64,000 bases of DNA from Anaerolineaceae bacterium (GCA_040768265.1 JAXGNB010000002.1:240177-304176); one strand, 5' to 3'. Positions 44,165 through 53,747 are shown, counted from the first letter of the stretch. The notes: generated by a model not told the origin, from the letters alone. A program made the numbers and translations.

Positions 44165-47100
44165 TTATTGCACGACCTCGATTGTTGTAAAGGTCGAGGT
44201 GAACGGGACCTGTTGCGTGACACCTTCAGTGTCCAGAATTCCACTTACATCCACTGTATAAAGTGTCAGGCTCATCAGTGGATCCGTTGGGGTGAAGGTG
44301 ATCGTTTTGGTCGTATCATCGTAAACGCAAGACCCAGCAACCGTATTCACACCATCAGTCAGAGTAAAGCAAGAAGTGTCAACAACAGACTGATTCCAGG
44401 TCACAGCAACTGACGTGTCAACTGCAACATCCACCGCGCCGTTCGCCGGTACGACCGCTGTCACGATTGGATCGCGCCAGTTCAGGACGGTATAGTTGTA
44501 TTCCTGGGCTCCATCCGCAGTATAGTCAAGGATCAGATTGCCCAGCTCTGTGTTACCATCTGCGTCTTTCATGACGGTATCCCAAGTGCCGCGTGTGAAT
44601 TTAAACTCCAACGTGGCTGCATCGGGGATATAGATGGATTTCGTCCAATGGGTCGCGTCCACCTGTGTGAGCGCAACTCCCGACCCAAGCCAGGCACCCA
44701 GTGCGTCTTCGCTGCCAATTACATAGACCGTTCCAGGAGTGTAATCCGGCACAGTCACGTTAAAGGTCACAAACGGCACGATCTTGTTGAACTCGCCGGG
44801 AGTATTGAATGCTTCTCCAGGGTCTGGTGTTCCGGTAAAGCCGGTCAGTCCCGCACCGTCGTAGTCATTGCGAACCCAATCGCTGGGAGATTCAGTATCG
44901 TAACCATCAGGGATGCGTGATGCACCACCCGGGTCAAAAGCAAAACCATCAAAGTAAGGCATCAGGATTGTGGTACCGTATGCGATATCTCCAGTGCCGC
45001 CGTCATGGACTCCGACTGAGTCAGCAATTTCCGACCATGGCGCGTAATCGATCACACCATCATCATTGGTATCGATGTCTTCGCCGTATTCGCCGGTGAA
45101 ATCCTTCACCAGCAAGAGAGAAATCGTTCCGTTTTCCAGGTCGTTTGCGTTAAGCTCAGCAAGATACAAACCATTGAGGTCAGTTGTGCCGACTGGAATT
45201 ACATGATCGATATAACCGATTGTACTGCCACTATCCCCTTCAATCTCCAGGATAGTGTATGCAGAGTAGTCGACAGATGGATCGCCATAAATTTCAACGT
45301 ACTCAATCACATCCCCTCCAGTGTGATCAGCAAGATATTCATTGATCTTCGGTGCCATCACCGGAAGTGCTTCAATCTCAACCACCGCTTCGGCTTCTTC
45401 TTCAAAAGTCGCAGCAGAAGTTGTGTCGTGCAGCGCGACGTTGCTCAGCGGACCAAGAGGAGCATCCGCATCCACGGTCACCTGGAAGGTGATCGTTTGG
45501 GTGGTGCTCGGGGTCACCAGGTCGAAGCAGATCATGTGGCCATTGGCGAAACTGGCATTGTTGTAAGCGTACTGAGTAGCCTCAGTACCATCCACGTTTT
45601 CAGTGCCGATCGTAGCCAAATTCAACGGGCCGTTGATGTTGTCGTAAGCGAAGACGAATTCGTAGGAACCCGGAGTGTCGTCTACTACGTGATTGTGAAC
45701 GATCTCAAAATCGTAGGTGGTGGTTGGGTCTCCATAAACCTGTATATCATCGTATTCAATAATATGGAGTGAAGCGCCTGCACCAGCCAGGCTCACGCCC
45801 TTGTTGGTTGCGGCATCATAAACAATTTCCATATCCTGCCAGAGCATCGCTGCCACGTTGTTGGGCAAAGCTGGATCGGGAATGTCCTGATTTGTCCAGG
45901 GCGCTCCACCGTAGTTATTGGCGTAATCGAATATGGCAAAGCCGTCATCGGTGAAAGAGATCGTGGGGTAATCAATACCATAGAAGTTGTATGGCACTGT
46001 GCCAGGAGACAGCGACCAAACTTTCGTATCTCCAGTGATTCCAGCTTGGGCGAAAATACCAAAGCCTGCCAGGTCCACATAGCCGCCAAAGCCCGTGTCG
46101 CACAAGAAGTCGCTGACCGAGTCGGTCACGTTGTAATAAGGCGCCATGGGCGCGTCCACCGTGCCAGACCAGGTGATGGTATTTGTAAGTGGAACATAAA
46201 GCGCGTCGCCGGTAACAGAATCGGGCACATAGGTGACCCCAGCCGGCAGTACATCGTTGATTATGTAATCGGTTGGCACATCGGCAAAATTGGTGATCTC
46301 AATCGTATAGGTAATGGTATCGCCAGGCATCGCGCTTTCAACATCTGCCGTCTTCACCACATCATCAGCCAGTCTACGGATATCAATATCGGTCGAGCCT
46401 ATCCAGGTAGCACCATCACAGACAGCATCGGCACACGTGTCGAAGTAACCATAAAGGCGGTCGCCCTCTTCAGTATCTTCATCCCAATAGACGTCCAACT
46501 GGAATGGAGTCGCACCAGGATTTGTGGCAGGTACAATCACGTCATAGTTTTCATTGTCGAGGAACAACGGAACCATACCGGTTGCCAGGGTAATCGTATC
46601 GCCGGCAGCACCCGCCCAGTTTTGGACCACCAGGAAGTAGGTGTCATCAGCGTCATAGAAGATGAAGTCCTTTGGTGCGTTGATGTATTCCAGAGCTGTT
46701 GCGGTAGCACTTTGTGCAAGCAAATAGTCTTCAGCAGGATCTAAGGTGCCACTGGCATCCATATCCCAGAACAGGAATATATCCACGTCGGATGAGGTTG
46801 TTTGGGTTATCTCTGTCACCAGACGAATGGAATAGGCGGGCAAGGTGATGGTCTTGACATACACCTGGCTGAGATCATCGAAGGGATCCCCATTAGTGGG
46901 GTCTGGATCAAGCGTGATCACTTCCAGATCAGCTTTGACCAAGCCGGATTCGTAAGTCATGCCAGCGGTGATCTCACCTGCCAGCAGGTCGGGGATGGTG
47001 CCCATATCCGCGTCGCGGTGGGTTTCAAAGCTGACAAAATCAGGAATGTTGCTTCCCACGGGCAGGACTGCCACAGGAATAGATAAATCAGGCAGAGGAC

Positions 47101-49528
47101 GATCAAAGATGAAAGGATCGATCGGGTCAGTTCCTCCTGGTGGAGTACCAGTACCATTCATTACCAAAGGCAGGAAAATAAAATCGTAAGGAGATTCCAG
47201 TACTGCGTCAGTTTCAAAATAGATCCTGGCAAACTCCCATTCATCCGCGGTCAGACCCGTTACATCAGCTGTAATGGTAACCATCTGAGTGGCTCCAGGA
47301 GCAATTTCAAATGTAGCAGGTTCAACTGTGATCCAGTCAGGCGCAACCGCAGTATAAGAGGCCGTAATTTCTGCCACACTGGTGAAAGTTCTGGTCCAGC
47401 TGCACTCGCCCACACACAGGCTGTTGTAAAGGCTGGCGATGTTCAAGGTCTTCATGTCGCCGCCCTCAGCAGGGTTGGAAGCTACCATGTTGTCGTAGGT
47501 TTCGTCCATGGTCAAGCCGGTCAGGGCAGCCATTTCCAGGTCAACCCGTCCAGCACCAAAATCAAACAGGTCAGCTGGGGTCTCCATATCTTCTTTTAAC
47601 AGGTTGTCGCGTTCAGCGGTCAGCATCAGGGCTGATTTCACCTGGGCAACAGACCAATCCGGGAACACCGCGCTCAGCAATGCGCCGGCACCAGCGGTAT
47701 GCGGGGAGGACATGGAGGTACCCTGGTAAAGCGCTGCTTGAATAGCGCCATCAGAGTCGATCACACCATCAGCAACAGCCGCAAGCACTTCCAGACCCGG
47801 CGCAGTAATATCAGGTTTTAAGACCTGGAGATCATTGGCGCTTGGACCGCGGAAGGAGAAGTCGGCTTTGATATCGCCCCAGGCATCATTAAGATAACGC
47901 CCTGTCTCACTCATGTCGATCAGAACTGGAGCATTAGCACCCACCCAGTCGGCAAAAGTAGCTGCTTCCGTCGAAGAAAGATAGAGGAAGCCCGCAGGCA
48001 GGGTCGCAGTATCCAAACCGCCCATAACAATGGGGGGACGATTGTCTGCATAAACCAACATGCCTATCGCGCCTGCAGCCTGAGCATTCGCCAATTTGTC
48101 AGCAAAAGCACAAACACCACGGCGAATCAGTGCTATGTCACCAGCAAAGAAATCTGCCGGGAAGGCCTGGCAGCCCTGGCGATTATCAGTAAAGGGAGCG
48201 TCAGATGATGCAGTATCAAGACCAGCCCATACCAATTCAACATCATCTAATGCCGGGAAAGGAACCGGGCTTGAGCTGGGGATTTGAGCCATATCAACAT
48301 AAATTGAGCCGGCAGGTGAAACCACATCAATATCATTGGTGAATTTGCGGTTATGGCTGGAAGCCGCAACGGTAGTCACCCAGGGGGAAAGGTGATTGAC
48401 CTGGCCATCAGTTGAGGGTTCATCGCGTAAGTTACCGCCAGAGGCAGCCACAAAGATGTCTGCACCAAAAGCTTCAAGGAAGGCTAACTCTACCACATCG
48501 GTAAACGGACTCTTGCCGCCAGAAATGGAATAGTTCAGAGCGTCCACGCCATCAATAATGGCCTGCTCAACAGCAGCTGCAGAGTCATCCCCCCAACAGC
48601 CGGATTCATCACAAACATCAAAGGAAATAATCTGGGCATGGGGAACTACACCCGAGATGGTGGTTTCCACACCCATGAATTCGAATGTAACGTAGTTGCC
48701 AGCAACTGTGCTGCCAGTATGAGAGCCATGACCATCAGAATCTTCAGGGCTGATGGCTTCACCTGTGTAGGTGTAAGCGCCCACAAGTTTGTCGTTGCAG
48801 GCGTCGGCATATGCGGGATCACCAGCAGGAGCACAAACACCCAGATAATCACCGGTCCACTCGTAAACAAATCCATCCTCGGGCATATCGCTGAAGGAGG
48901 GGTGATCAAAGTTGATGCCGGTATCAATAATGCCCACCAGCATGCCTTCTCCCAGGGAGCCGATGTTGGCTGGGTCTGCAGAACCATTCCACACGCCGTC
49001 CGCACCAATCCATGCTGGACCGGCATCGGTATCTGGTTGTTCCAGGCTCACTGCCAGGATCTGGCGGATACCTGGCACTTTGGCCAGCTGCTGCGCTTCT
49101 TCGAGTGACATTTCAACCGAAACGCCGTTGAGAATGACATCATAGACATGCTTGATGTTGACGTTTCTGCCTAAAGTACTTTCAACAGAAGCCATAACGC
49201 TATTGCGCTGTTTGGCAAGCAGGTCGAGATAACCCTGGCTCTCAGAACTGCTGATATCCAACTGGGCAGAGCTTTTGCTCACCGCCACCAGTGAAGGATC
49301 CTCAAAGAGGATAACATAGCGCTCTGATCGCTCAAGCGTGGTCACCTCAAAAGCCTCAACTTCTGTGAATTGCTCTTTAGTGCCCAAGGTAGCCTCAGGA
49401 ACAAAACCTGATCGGTCTGGTTCTCTGCGAGGTCCATTGGTTTGTAGTGTGTCATTAGCAAGAGCCGGTGTAACCACCAGCGCCAGCAAGACAACTATGG
49501 ATAAAATGCGGGTCAATGCTGATTTCAT
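44165..49528 (-). CDS. Giant secreted S8A subtilisin-like protease (1787 aa) with I9, PA, DUF11-like, lamin-tail-like, CBM20-like and Ig-like domains
   Basis: Catalytic Asp (VGIIDTGINFDHPSF), His (HGSHTGSTVAGN) and Ser (GTSMSSPHTAGAGAL). A PA insert (GDIALIRRGVCAFADK). A DUF11-like repeat (VVKTADVESAMPGDTITYTIEITN). A lamin-tail-like segment (PKINEYLADHTGGDVIEYVEIYG). A CBM20-like C-terminus (VTFNVTVPDYTPGTVYVIGSEDALGAW...EFKFTRGTWDTV). Confidence 0.9.
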   Translation of the reverse strand: MKSALTRILSIVVLLALVVTPALANDTLQTNGPRREPDRSGFVPEATLGTKEQFTEVEAFEVTTLERSERYVILFEDPSLVAVSKSSAQLDISSSESQGYLDLLAKQRNSVMASVESTLGRNVNIKHVYDVILNGVSVEMSLEEAQQLAKVPGIRQILAVSLEQPDTDAGPAWIGADGVWNGSADPANIGSLGEGMLVGIIDTGINFDHPSFSDMPEDGFVYEWTGDYLGVCAPAGDPAYADACNDKLVGAYTYTGEAISPEDSDGHGSHTGSTVAGNYVTFEFMGVETTISGVVPHAQIISFDVCDESGCWGDDSAAAVEQAIIDGVDALNYSISGGKSPFTDVVELAFLEAFGADIFVAASGGNLRDEPSTDGQVNHLSPWVTTVAASSHNRKFTNDIDVVSPAGSIYVDMAQIPSSSPVPFPALDDVELVWAGLDTASSDAPFTDNRQGCQAFPADFFAGDIALIRRGVCAFADKLANAQAAGAIGMLVYADNRPPIVMGGLDTATLPAGFLYLSSTEAATFADWVGANAPVLIDMSETGRYLNDAWGDIKADFSFRGPSANDLQVLKPDITAPGLEVLAAVADGVIDSDGAIQAALYQGTSMSSPHTAGAGALLSAVFPDWSVAQVKSALMLTAERDNLLKEDMETPADLFDFGAGRVDLEMAALTGLTMDETYDNMVASNPAEGGDMKTLNIASLYNSLCVGECSWTRTFTSVAEITASYTAVAPDWITVEPATFEIAPGATQMVTITADVTGLTADEWEFARIYFETDAVLESPYDFIFLPLVMNGTGTPPGGTDPIDPFIFDRPLPDLSIPVAVLPVGSNIPDFVSFETHRDADMGTIPDLLAGEITAGMTYESGLVKADLEVITLDPDPTNGDPFDDLSQVYVKTITLPAYSIRLVTEITQTTSSDVDIFLFWDMDASGTLDPAEDYLLAQSATATALEYINAPKDFIFYDADDTYFLVVQNWAGAAGDTITLATGMVPLFLDNENYDVIVPATNPGATPFQLDVYWDEDTEEGDRLYGYFDTCADAVCDGATWIGSTDIDIRRLADDVVKTADVESAMPGDTITYTIEITNFADVPTDYIINDVLPAGVTYVPDSVTGDALYVPLTNTITWSGTVDAPMAPYYNVTDSVSDFLCDTGFGGYVDLAGFGIFAQAGITGDTKVWSLSPGTVPYNFYGIDYPTISFTDDGFAIFDYANNYGGAPWTNQDIPDPALPNNVAAMLWQDMEIVYDAATNKGVSLAGAGASLHIIEYDDIQVYGDPTTTYDFEIVHNHVVDDTPGSYEFVFAYDNINGPLNLATIGTENVDGTEATQYAYNNASFANGHMICFDLVTPSTTQTITFQVTVDADAPLGPLSNVALHDTTSAATFEEEAEAVVEIEALPVMAPKINEYLADHTGGDVIEYVEIYGDPSVDYSAYTILEIEGDSGSTIGYIDHVIPVGTTDLNGLYLAELNANDLENGTISLLLVKDFTGEYGEDIDTNDDGVIDYAPWSEIADSVGVHDGGTGDIAYGTTILMPYFDGFAFDPGGASRIPDGYDTESPSDWVRNDYDGAGLTGFTGTPDPGEAFNTPGEFNKIVPFVTFNVTVPDYTPGTVYVIGSEDALGAWLGSGVALTQVDATHWTKSIYIPDAATLEFKFTRGTWDTVMKDADGNTELGNLILDYTADGAQEYNYTVLNWRDPIVTAVVPANGAVDVAVDTSVAVTWNQSVVDTSCFTLTDGVNTVAGSCVYDDTTKTITFTPTDPLMSLTLYTVDVSGILDTEGVTQQVPFTSTFTTIEVVQ

Positions 49529-49805
49529 TCTTTCACTCCATTTTCTTTTGTTATTTGGGATTTTGCAGGGAAAAGCATCCTGCGTGTTGCTTCATACACT
49601 TGCGGGAATATTGTAAAGATTTGCTGATAATGCGGTCTGACTAACCTAAAAGTCAAATGGTGGTAACTCCTTTCAAATTTTAAATCCATCCCCCAAGGGG
49701 AACTTTAACGAAAGGTCCTGATAGATAAATACAACCCGACCTATAGTCGATAACGAAATTATAGCCAGTCTGTTTCCAAGCGTCAAGAGAATCGCATCGG
49801 TGCTC

Positions 49806-51011
49806 TGTGAGTAGGTCAGCACATGGTATACACTTTTTAGATAAGTCATACGAGTTGTACCGGGATCGATGTCTGGAGTTATGGGGGATAAGATATGAAG
49901 ACATCGAGGTGTACATTGATCAAAGCTATAACCCACTTAGACTACCAAGAGTTGAGGCAGATTAGTCCGGAGGCAGCCAGACGAGCGATCCTACAGGTTT
50001 TGAAGGCACACAAGGGGAATGTGACAGCGACAGCCAGGATCTTGAGTGTCAGCCGGGCGACAATCTACAAAGCAATCCGCAAGAGTGAGGCGGGGGATTT
50101 GAAAGATGGATCAAAAGCGCCACACCGGGTACACAACAAAACGAGTGCCGGGATTGAAGCCAGGATCCTGGAGCTGAGAGAAAAGACCCGCTATGGACCT
50201 GTCAGGCTGAAAGATGAACTGGAGGCGCTGGATGGTTTGACGATGTCTGAACACACCATCCGCAACATTCTCAGACGCAACAGAACTCACTCGAAGCTGA
50301 AGCCTCACAAACCCCACAAAAAAGGCTCCCGTCCTTATGTGGATTGGTATCAGGCCAAAGCATTTGAAATTGTGCAAATTGACCTCAAATATGTCGTGGA
50401 CCAAAAAGCGCTGACCCTGGAGCAGATCCGTCACTTTCACTCGAAACAGTTTCCTCTCTATCAGTGGACTGCTGTCGATGTTAACTCCCGCTTCAAACTG
50501 ATGGCTTACTCTGATCAGAAAAGCTGGACCAATGGCCTGACTTTCTTTCTGTGGGTGCTTTCCTGGCTCAGAAGTCACGGTGTCTCGGTGCCCATCGTCT
50601 TTACTGTGGATCGGGGTGAGGAGTTTGGTGGGAAATCCTGGCTCAAACTCATCGAACTCAGAAAACTCCTGTCTGGATTTGGCTGTTCAATTATCCAGAA
50701 CCATGCTGCCAGCCCTCAGGAGAACGCGCATGTTGAACGCTCCCACCGTACCGATGACGAGGAGTTTTATATCCCCAGATTGCTTTCCATTCATTCCCAA
50801 AAGGACTTCTTCCTTGAAGCGATGCATTATCTCTATTACTACAATGCTGTCAGAAAACATTCATCTCTACAAAGACGTTCCCCCTGGGAGCATCTGCTCG
50901 CTAACTCTCCTGATTTAGATGCTAAAATCAGGTTTGTTCCACCCATCCTTCTGGACAATATCGCTGTCCAGCTCGGTGACTGGAGTGGATACCATCTGCT
51001 GGCTCAGTACC
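49806..51011 (+). mobile_element. IS481-family insertion sequence, copy B (1206 bp)
   Basis: Same ends as copy A. It is flanked by a perfect 15-bp direct repeat ATCGCATCGGTGCTC at 49791-49805 and 51012-51026. Confidence 0.88.
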
Positions 51012-51076
51012 ATCGCATCGGTGCTCATACCCTAAGCGTTGGCGGCCTAGGGCGGAATGGTGTACGGCTGTTGTAG
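49895..51076 (+). CDS. IS481-family DDE transposase
   Basis: Identical to the copy A protein over roughly the first 300 aa, with 6 substitutions in the next ~50 residues before the IS end. The C-terminal 21 aa and the stop are encoded by flanking DNA. Confidence 0.85.
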   Translation: MKTSRCTLIKAITHLDYQELRQISPEAARRAILQVLKAHKGNVTATARILSVSRATIYKAIRKSEAGDLKDGSKAPHRVHNKTSAGIEARILELREKTRYGPVRLKDELEALDGLTMSEHTIRNILRRNRTHSKLKPHKPHKKGSRPYVDWYQAKAFEIVQIDLKYVVDQKALTLEQIRHFHSKQFPLYQWTAVDVNSRFKLMAYSDQKSWTNGLTFFLWVLSWLRSHGVSVPIVFTVDRGEEFGGKSWLKLIELRKLLSGFGCSIIQNHAASPQENAHVERSHRTDDEEFYIPRLLSIHSQKDFFLEAMHYLYYYNAVRKHSSLQRRSPWEHLLANSPDLDAKIRFVPPILLDNIAVQLGDWSGYHLLAQYHRIGAHTLSVGGLGRNGVRLL

Positions 51077-51700
51077 CAAACAGCCCCTGCCCTGGTAGCG
51101 AAGTGGATAGGGTGCGTTGTTCCGCTTTTTTGTTTGCGGAAGCGACGCAGGCAATCTTCGCGCAGGTCAGGTTGCGCAGCCTGCCCCTGAGCGAAGTGAA
51201 TGGGGTTGAACCTGACATCACGAATGGTGGAAGATAAAGTCCTCAACAAAGATACGCTTCCTTGATGGAATTAAAGAAGAGAGAAGACCCCCCTCGTAGG
51301 GCTGGGCCTTGGTCCAGCCGCTGCCTATGTCCATGTAAAACCGCGTAGGTTAGGTTGCGCAGCCTGCCCCGGGCTTTTTTGGCGGATTTCAACCTGACAT
51401 CACGAATACTGGCAAATAAAGCCCTCGGCAAAGGTGGATTTCTTCGCGCCATTCCGTTTGGCTGTGGCGTATGACCCTTGTAGGGACGGTCCCTGCCCTG
51501 GTAGCAAAGCGGATAGGGTGCGCCGTTCCGCTTGTTTGTATTTGCAGAAGGGGGCGAGCCCCTTCCCTGCGAAAGATGTATGGTGGGTTGGCTTTTTGTG
51601 ACGACCCAGAGGTCAACTTTGTTTTACGCCAATCCACCCTACTACTTTCGAACCGGAGACCTTCGGTCAGATTGCGTGCTCGGTCTGGAGACCGGCACGA
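51027..51700. repeat. Cluster of GTAG-headed hairpins with long variable loops
   Basis: GTCAGGTT...AACCTGAC arms at 51166-51216 and 51350-51398, both followed by ATCACGAAT. GTAGGGACGGT...CGTTCC at about 51478-51530. GAAGGGGGCGAGCCCCTTCC at about 51547-51566. The segment ccctgccctggtagc.aag.ggatagggtgcg is repeated at about 51086 and about 51493. Confidence 0.75.
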
Positions 51701-51801
51701 ACGATGGTACTCACGATTGCTGGCAAAAAAACAGCAGCTTACACCCGCATCCTGTATTCATTGTAGAATAGTGGACACAATATCAAAACGAGGAACAGCA
51801 A

Positions 51802-52149
51802 ATGATTGAAAAAGTATACAAAATGTCAACCCGCACCGAGAATGTGATTGAACCCGTGATCAAGGATGACTTTGTTCATTACATGCACATGGTTTTGCTT
51901 AAAGATGAAGCGCTGCCAACCCACTACACCAACGCGAACATCTATATGACCGTCGTAAGCGGCACGATGCACCTTTCCCTTTCCGACGGGGATTTCAGAG
52001 TTTATCCCAGCGGAAGTGTGATCAATGTCCCTTATAGGATCAAAATGATCGCACAAAACCGCGACGAAGAAACCCTGGAACTGATAGTAGTCAAAACCCC
52101 CGCACCAGGAAGTGAAATTTACCAAGAGGGTTTTTCAAAAGCCGATTGA
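51802..52149 (+). CDS. Cupin-domain protein
   Basis: 115 aa, beta-rich, with a small-barrel pattern (HYTNANIYMTVVSGTMHLSL...). This is a fold-level call only. Confidence 0.55.
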   Translation: MIEKVYKMSTRTENVIEPVIKDDFVHYMHMVLLKDEALPTHYTNANIYMTVVSGTMHLSLSDGDFRVYPSGSVINVPYRIKMIAQNRDEETLELIVVKTPAPGSEIYQEGFSKAD

Positions 52150-52269
52150 GTGGCTACGAAGTACCATTTCATTTATTATGATCCTGTCAATAACAGCCCG
52201 GTAAGTGGCGTATTATCCAAATCCCCCTGATTCCCGTCAGGGGGATTTACATCGTTTACAATTGACAGG

Positions 52270-53517
52270 ATGAATCCTCCACCCAGCAAATCCAAAGACC
52301 TTGCCATATTGATCGGTTGCGTCCTAATCATGGCAACCACCATGGGCATCATCATGAACGTGGCAAGCATTTTCTACCCGGTGGTTGCCGCAGACCTGGA
52401 AGTCAGCCGGGCTTCCTTCGCTCTGACAGGCACAATCACTTCACTCACTTCCATGTTTGCGGCCTTGTTCTGGGGCTTTCTGTATACAAAAACTGGCATC
52501 CAAAAACCGATGATTTTTGGCATTGTCGCTGCGGGCTTATGCTATTTTGGATTCCAGGCTGCCCGGACTCTGGTGCATTTTTACCTGTTGGCTGGGGTGA
52601 TAGGTTTCTTGCTTGGTGGGATCTCGATTATTCCGGTCTCCACCATCATCACCCGCCATTTCTCAAGGAACACCGGTTCTGCCCTGAGCCTTGCCCTCGC
52701 CGGCAGCGGCGTGGGACCAATGGTGCTCAATCCCCTCATAAACACGCTCATCAACACACAGAGCTGGCGAACAGGATACATGCTGTTGGGAATCATTCTT
52801 CTGGCGATAGCGCTGCCATCAGCCCTGATCGTCACCCACCTGGTGCGCGACGAGATCCAGAAAGCGCCCATGAACGTTAAAAACCCCGAGCCAACTGGCA
52901 GATCGCGCCCTGACTTGCCCATCTGGTTTCTGGTGTTTCTCGCGGCAGCCTTTCTTGCTGGTTTCACGGGAGCAGGGACTCTTTATAACCTGCCCATCTA
53001 TATGAACGATCTTGACTTTTCCGTTGCGAAAATTTCTTGGGTAGCGTCCGCATACGCTGCCTCAATGGTAATCGGAAAATTCATCCTTGGGATTCTATAT
53101 GACCGGGTGGGCACAAAAACCGCCACGTTCATTGCAGGTCTGCTGATGACCCTCACCTGTGTATTTTTGATATTTATCAAATCTTTACCGTTTCTGGTGC
53201 TGATGCTGGTCACTTTCGGGATTGGAATCGCAATGGGCACGGTTTCGGTGACCTGGATGACCAATTACTTCTTCGGAAAGCAGCAGTACAGCAAGCGCTT
53301 TGGCGGGGTTCAATTTATAAACAGTCTGGGCGTCGCGACCGGCATCCCCTTCGTCACCACGCTGCTTGAGAAGGTGCCTGACGTTACATTGATCTGGCTG
53401 ATAGTAGCCGGTCTGAGCCTGCTCATGCTGGTGCTATTCATGGCGAGCATCCGGGGCAACCGAAAAACCCGGGAAGAATCAGCATCAGGTCTGATTAAGC
53501 CCCACCTGGTATCGTAA
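52270..53517 (+). CDS. MFS transporter
   Basis: 415 aa and about 12 TM helices in a 6+6 arrangement with a central cytoplasmic loop (VRDEIQKAPMNVKNPEPTGRSRPD). Confidence 0.8.
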   Translation: MNPPPSKSKDLAILIGCVLIMATTMGIIMNVASIFYPVVAADLEVSRASFALTGTITSLTSMFAALFWGFLYTKTGIQKPMIFGIVAAGLCYFGFQAARTLVHFYLLAGVIGFLLGGISIIPVSTIITRHFSRNTGSALSLALAGSGVGPMVLNPLINTLINTQSWRTGYMLLGIILLAIALPSALIVTHLVRDEIQKAPMNVKNPEPTGRSRPDLPIWFLVFLAAAFLAGFTGAGTLYNLPIYMNDLDFSVAKISWVASAYAASMVIGKFILGILYDRVGTKTATFIAGLLMTLTCVFLIFIKSLPFLVLMLVTFGIGIAMGTVSVTWMTNYFFGKQQYSKRFGGVQFINSLGVATGIPFVTTLLEKVPDVTLIWLIVAGLSLLMLVLFMASIRGNRKTREESASGLIKPHLVS

Positions 53518-53560
53518 TAATGTTGCAAGAATTTGCTCAATCCGCCAAAATGAGGCATTC

Positions 53561-53702
53561 GTAAGGCGGAATGCGCCTTCGCCTGCCCTTGTGTCTTTTT
53601 ACAAGGGTTGCGCACTCCGCCAATATAATCAAAATCGTCGGAGTGAGCCCGCAAATCGCTAAGAATTGCAAAATGTCATTGGGCGGTCTCATTCCGACCT
53701 AC
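53561..53702. repeat. Two-hairpin MITE-like element (142 bp) of the GTAGGKCGGAATG family
   Basis: GTAAGGCGGAATGCGCC...GCGCACTCCGCC, a 15-nt spacer, then GTCGGAGTGAGCCCGC...GGCGGTCTCATTCCGACCTAC. It is collinear with 37055-37170. Confidence 0.8.
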
Positions 53703-53747
53703 ATCATCGCTTTCATCAACCCCTCCCCACTGGTACAATTATTCTTG

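Noticed and set aside
39345-51011. Composite transposon carrying the two subtilase genes
   Set aside because: Each IS copy is flanked by its own direct repeat (GATTCAACCATTC at copy A, ATCGCATCGGTGCTC at copy B), and the outermost flanks do not match. This indicates two independent insertions. The arrangement is still reported as a recombination-prone module.
53571-53747. 59-codon N-terminal extension of the NAD(P)HX dehydratase ORF
   Set aside because: The extension is encoded by the two-hairpin repeat element (53561-53702). The conserved protein begins after the ATG at 53748.
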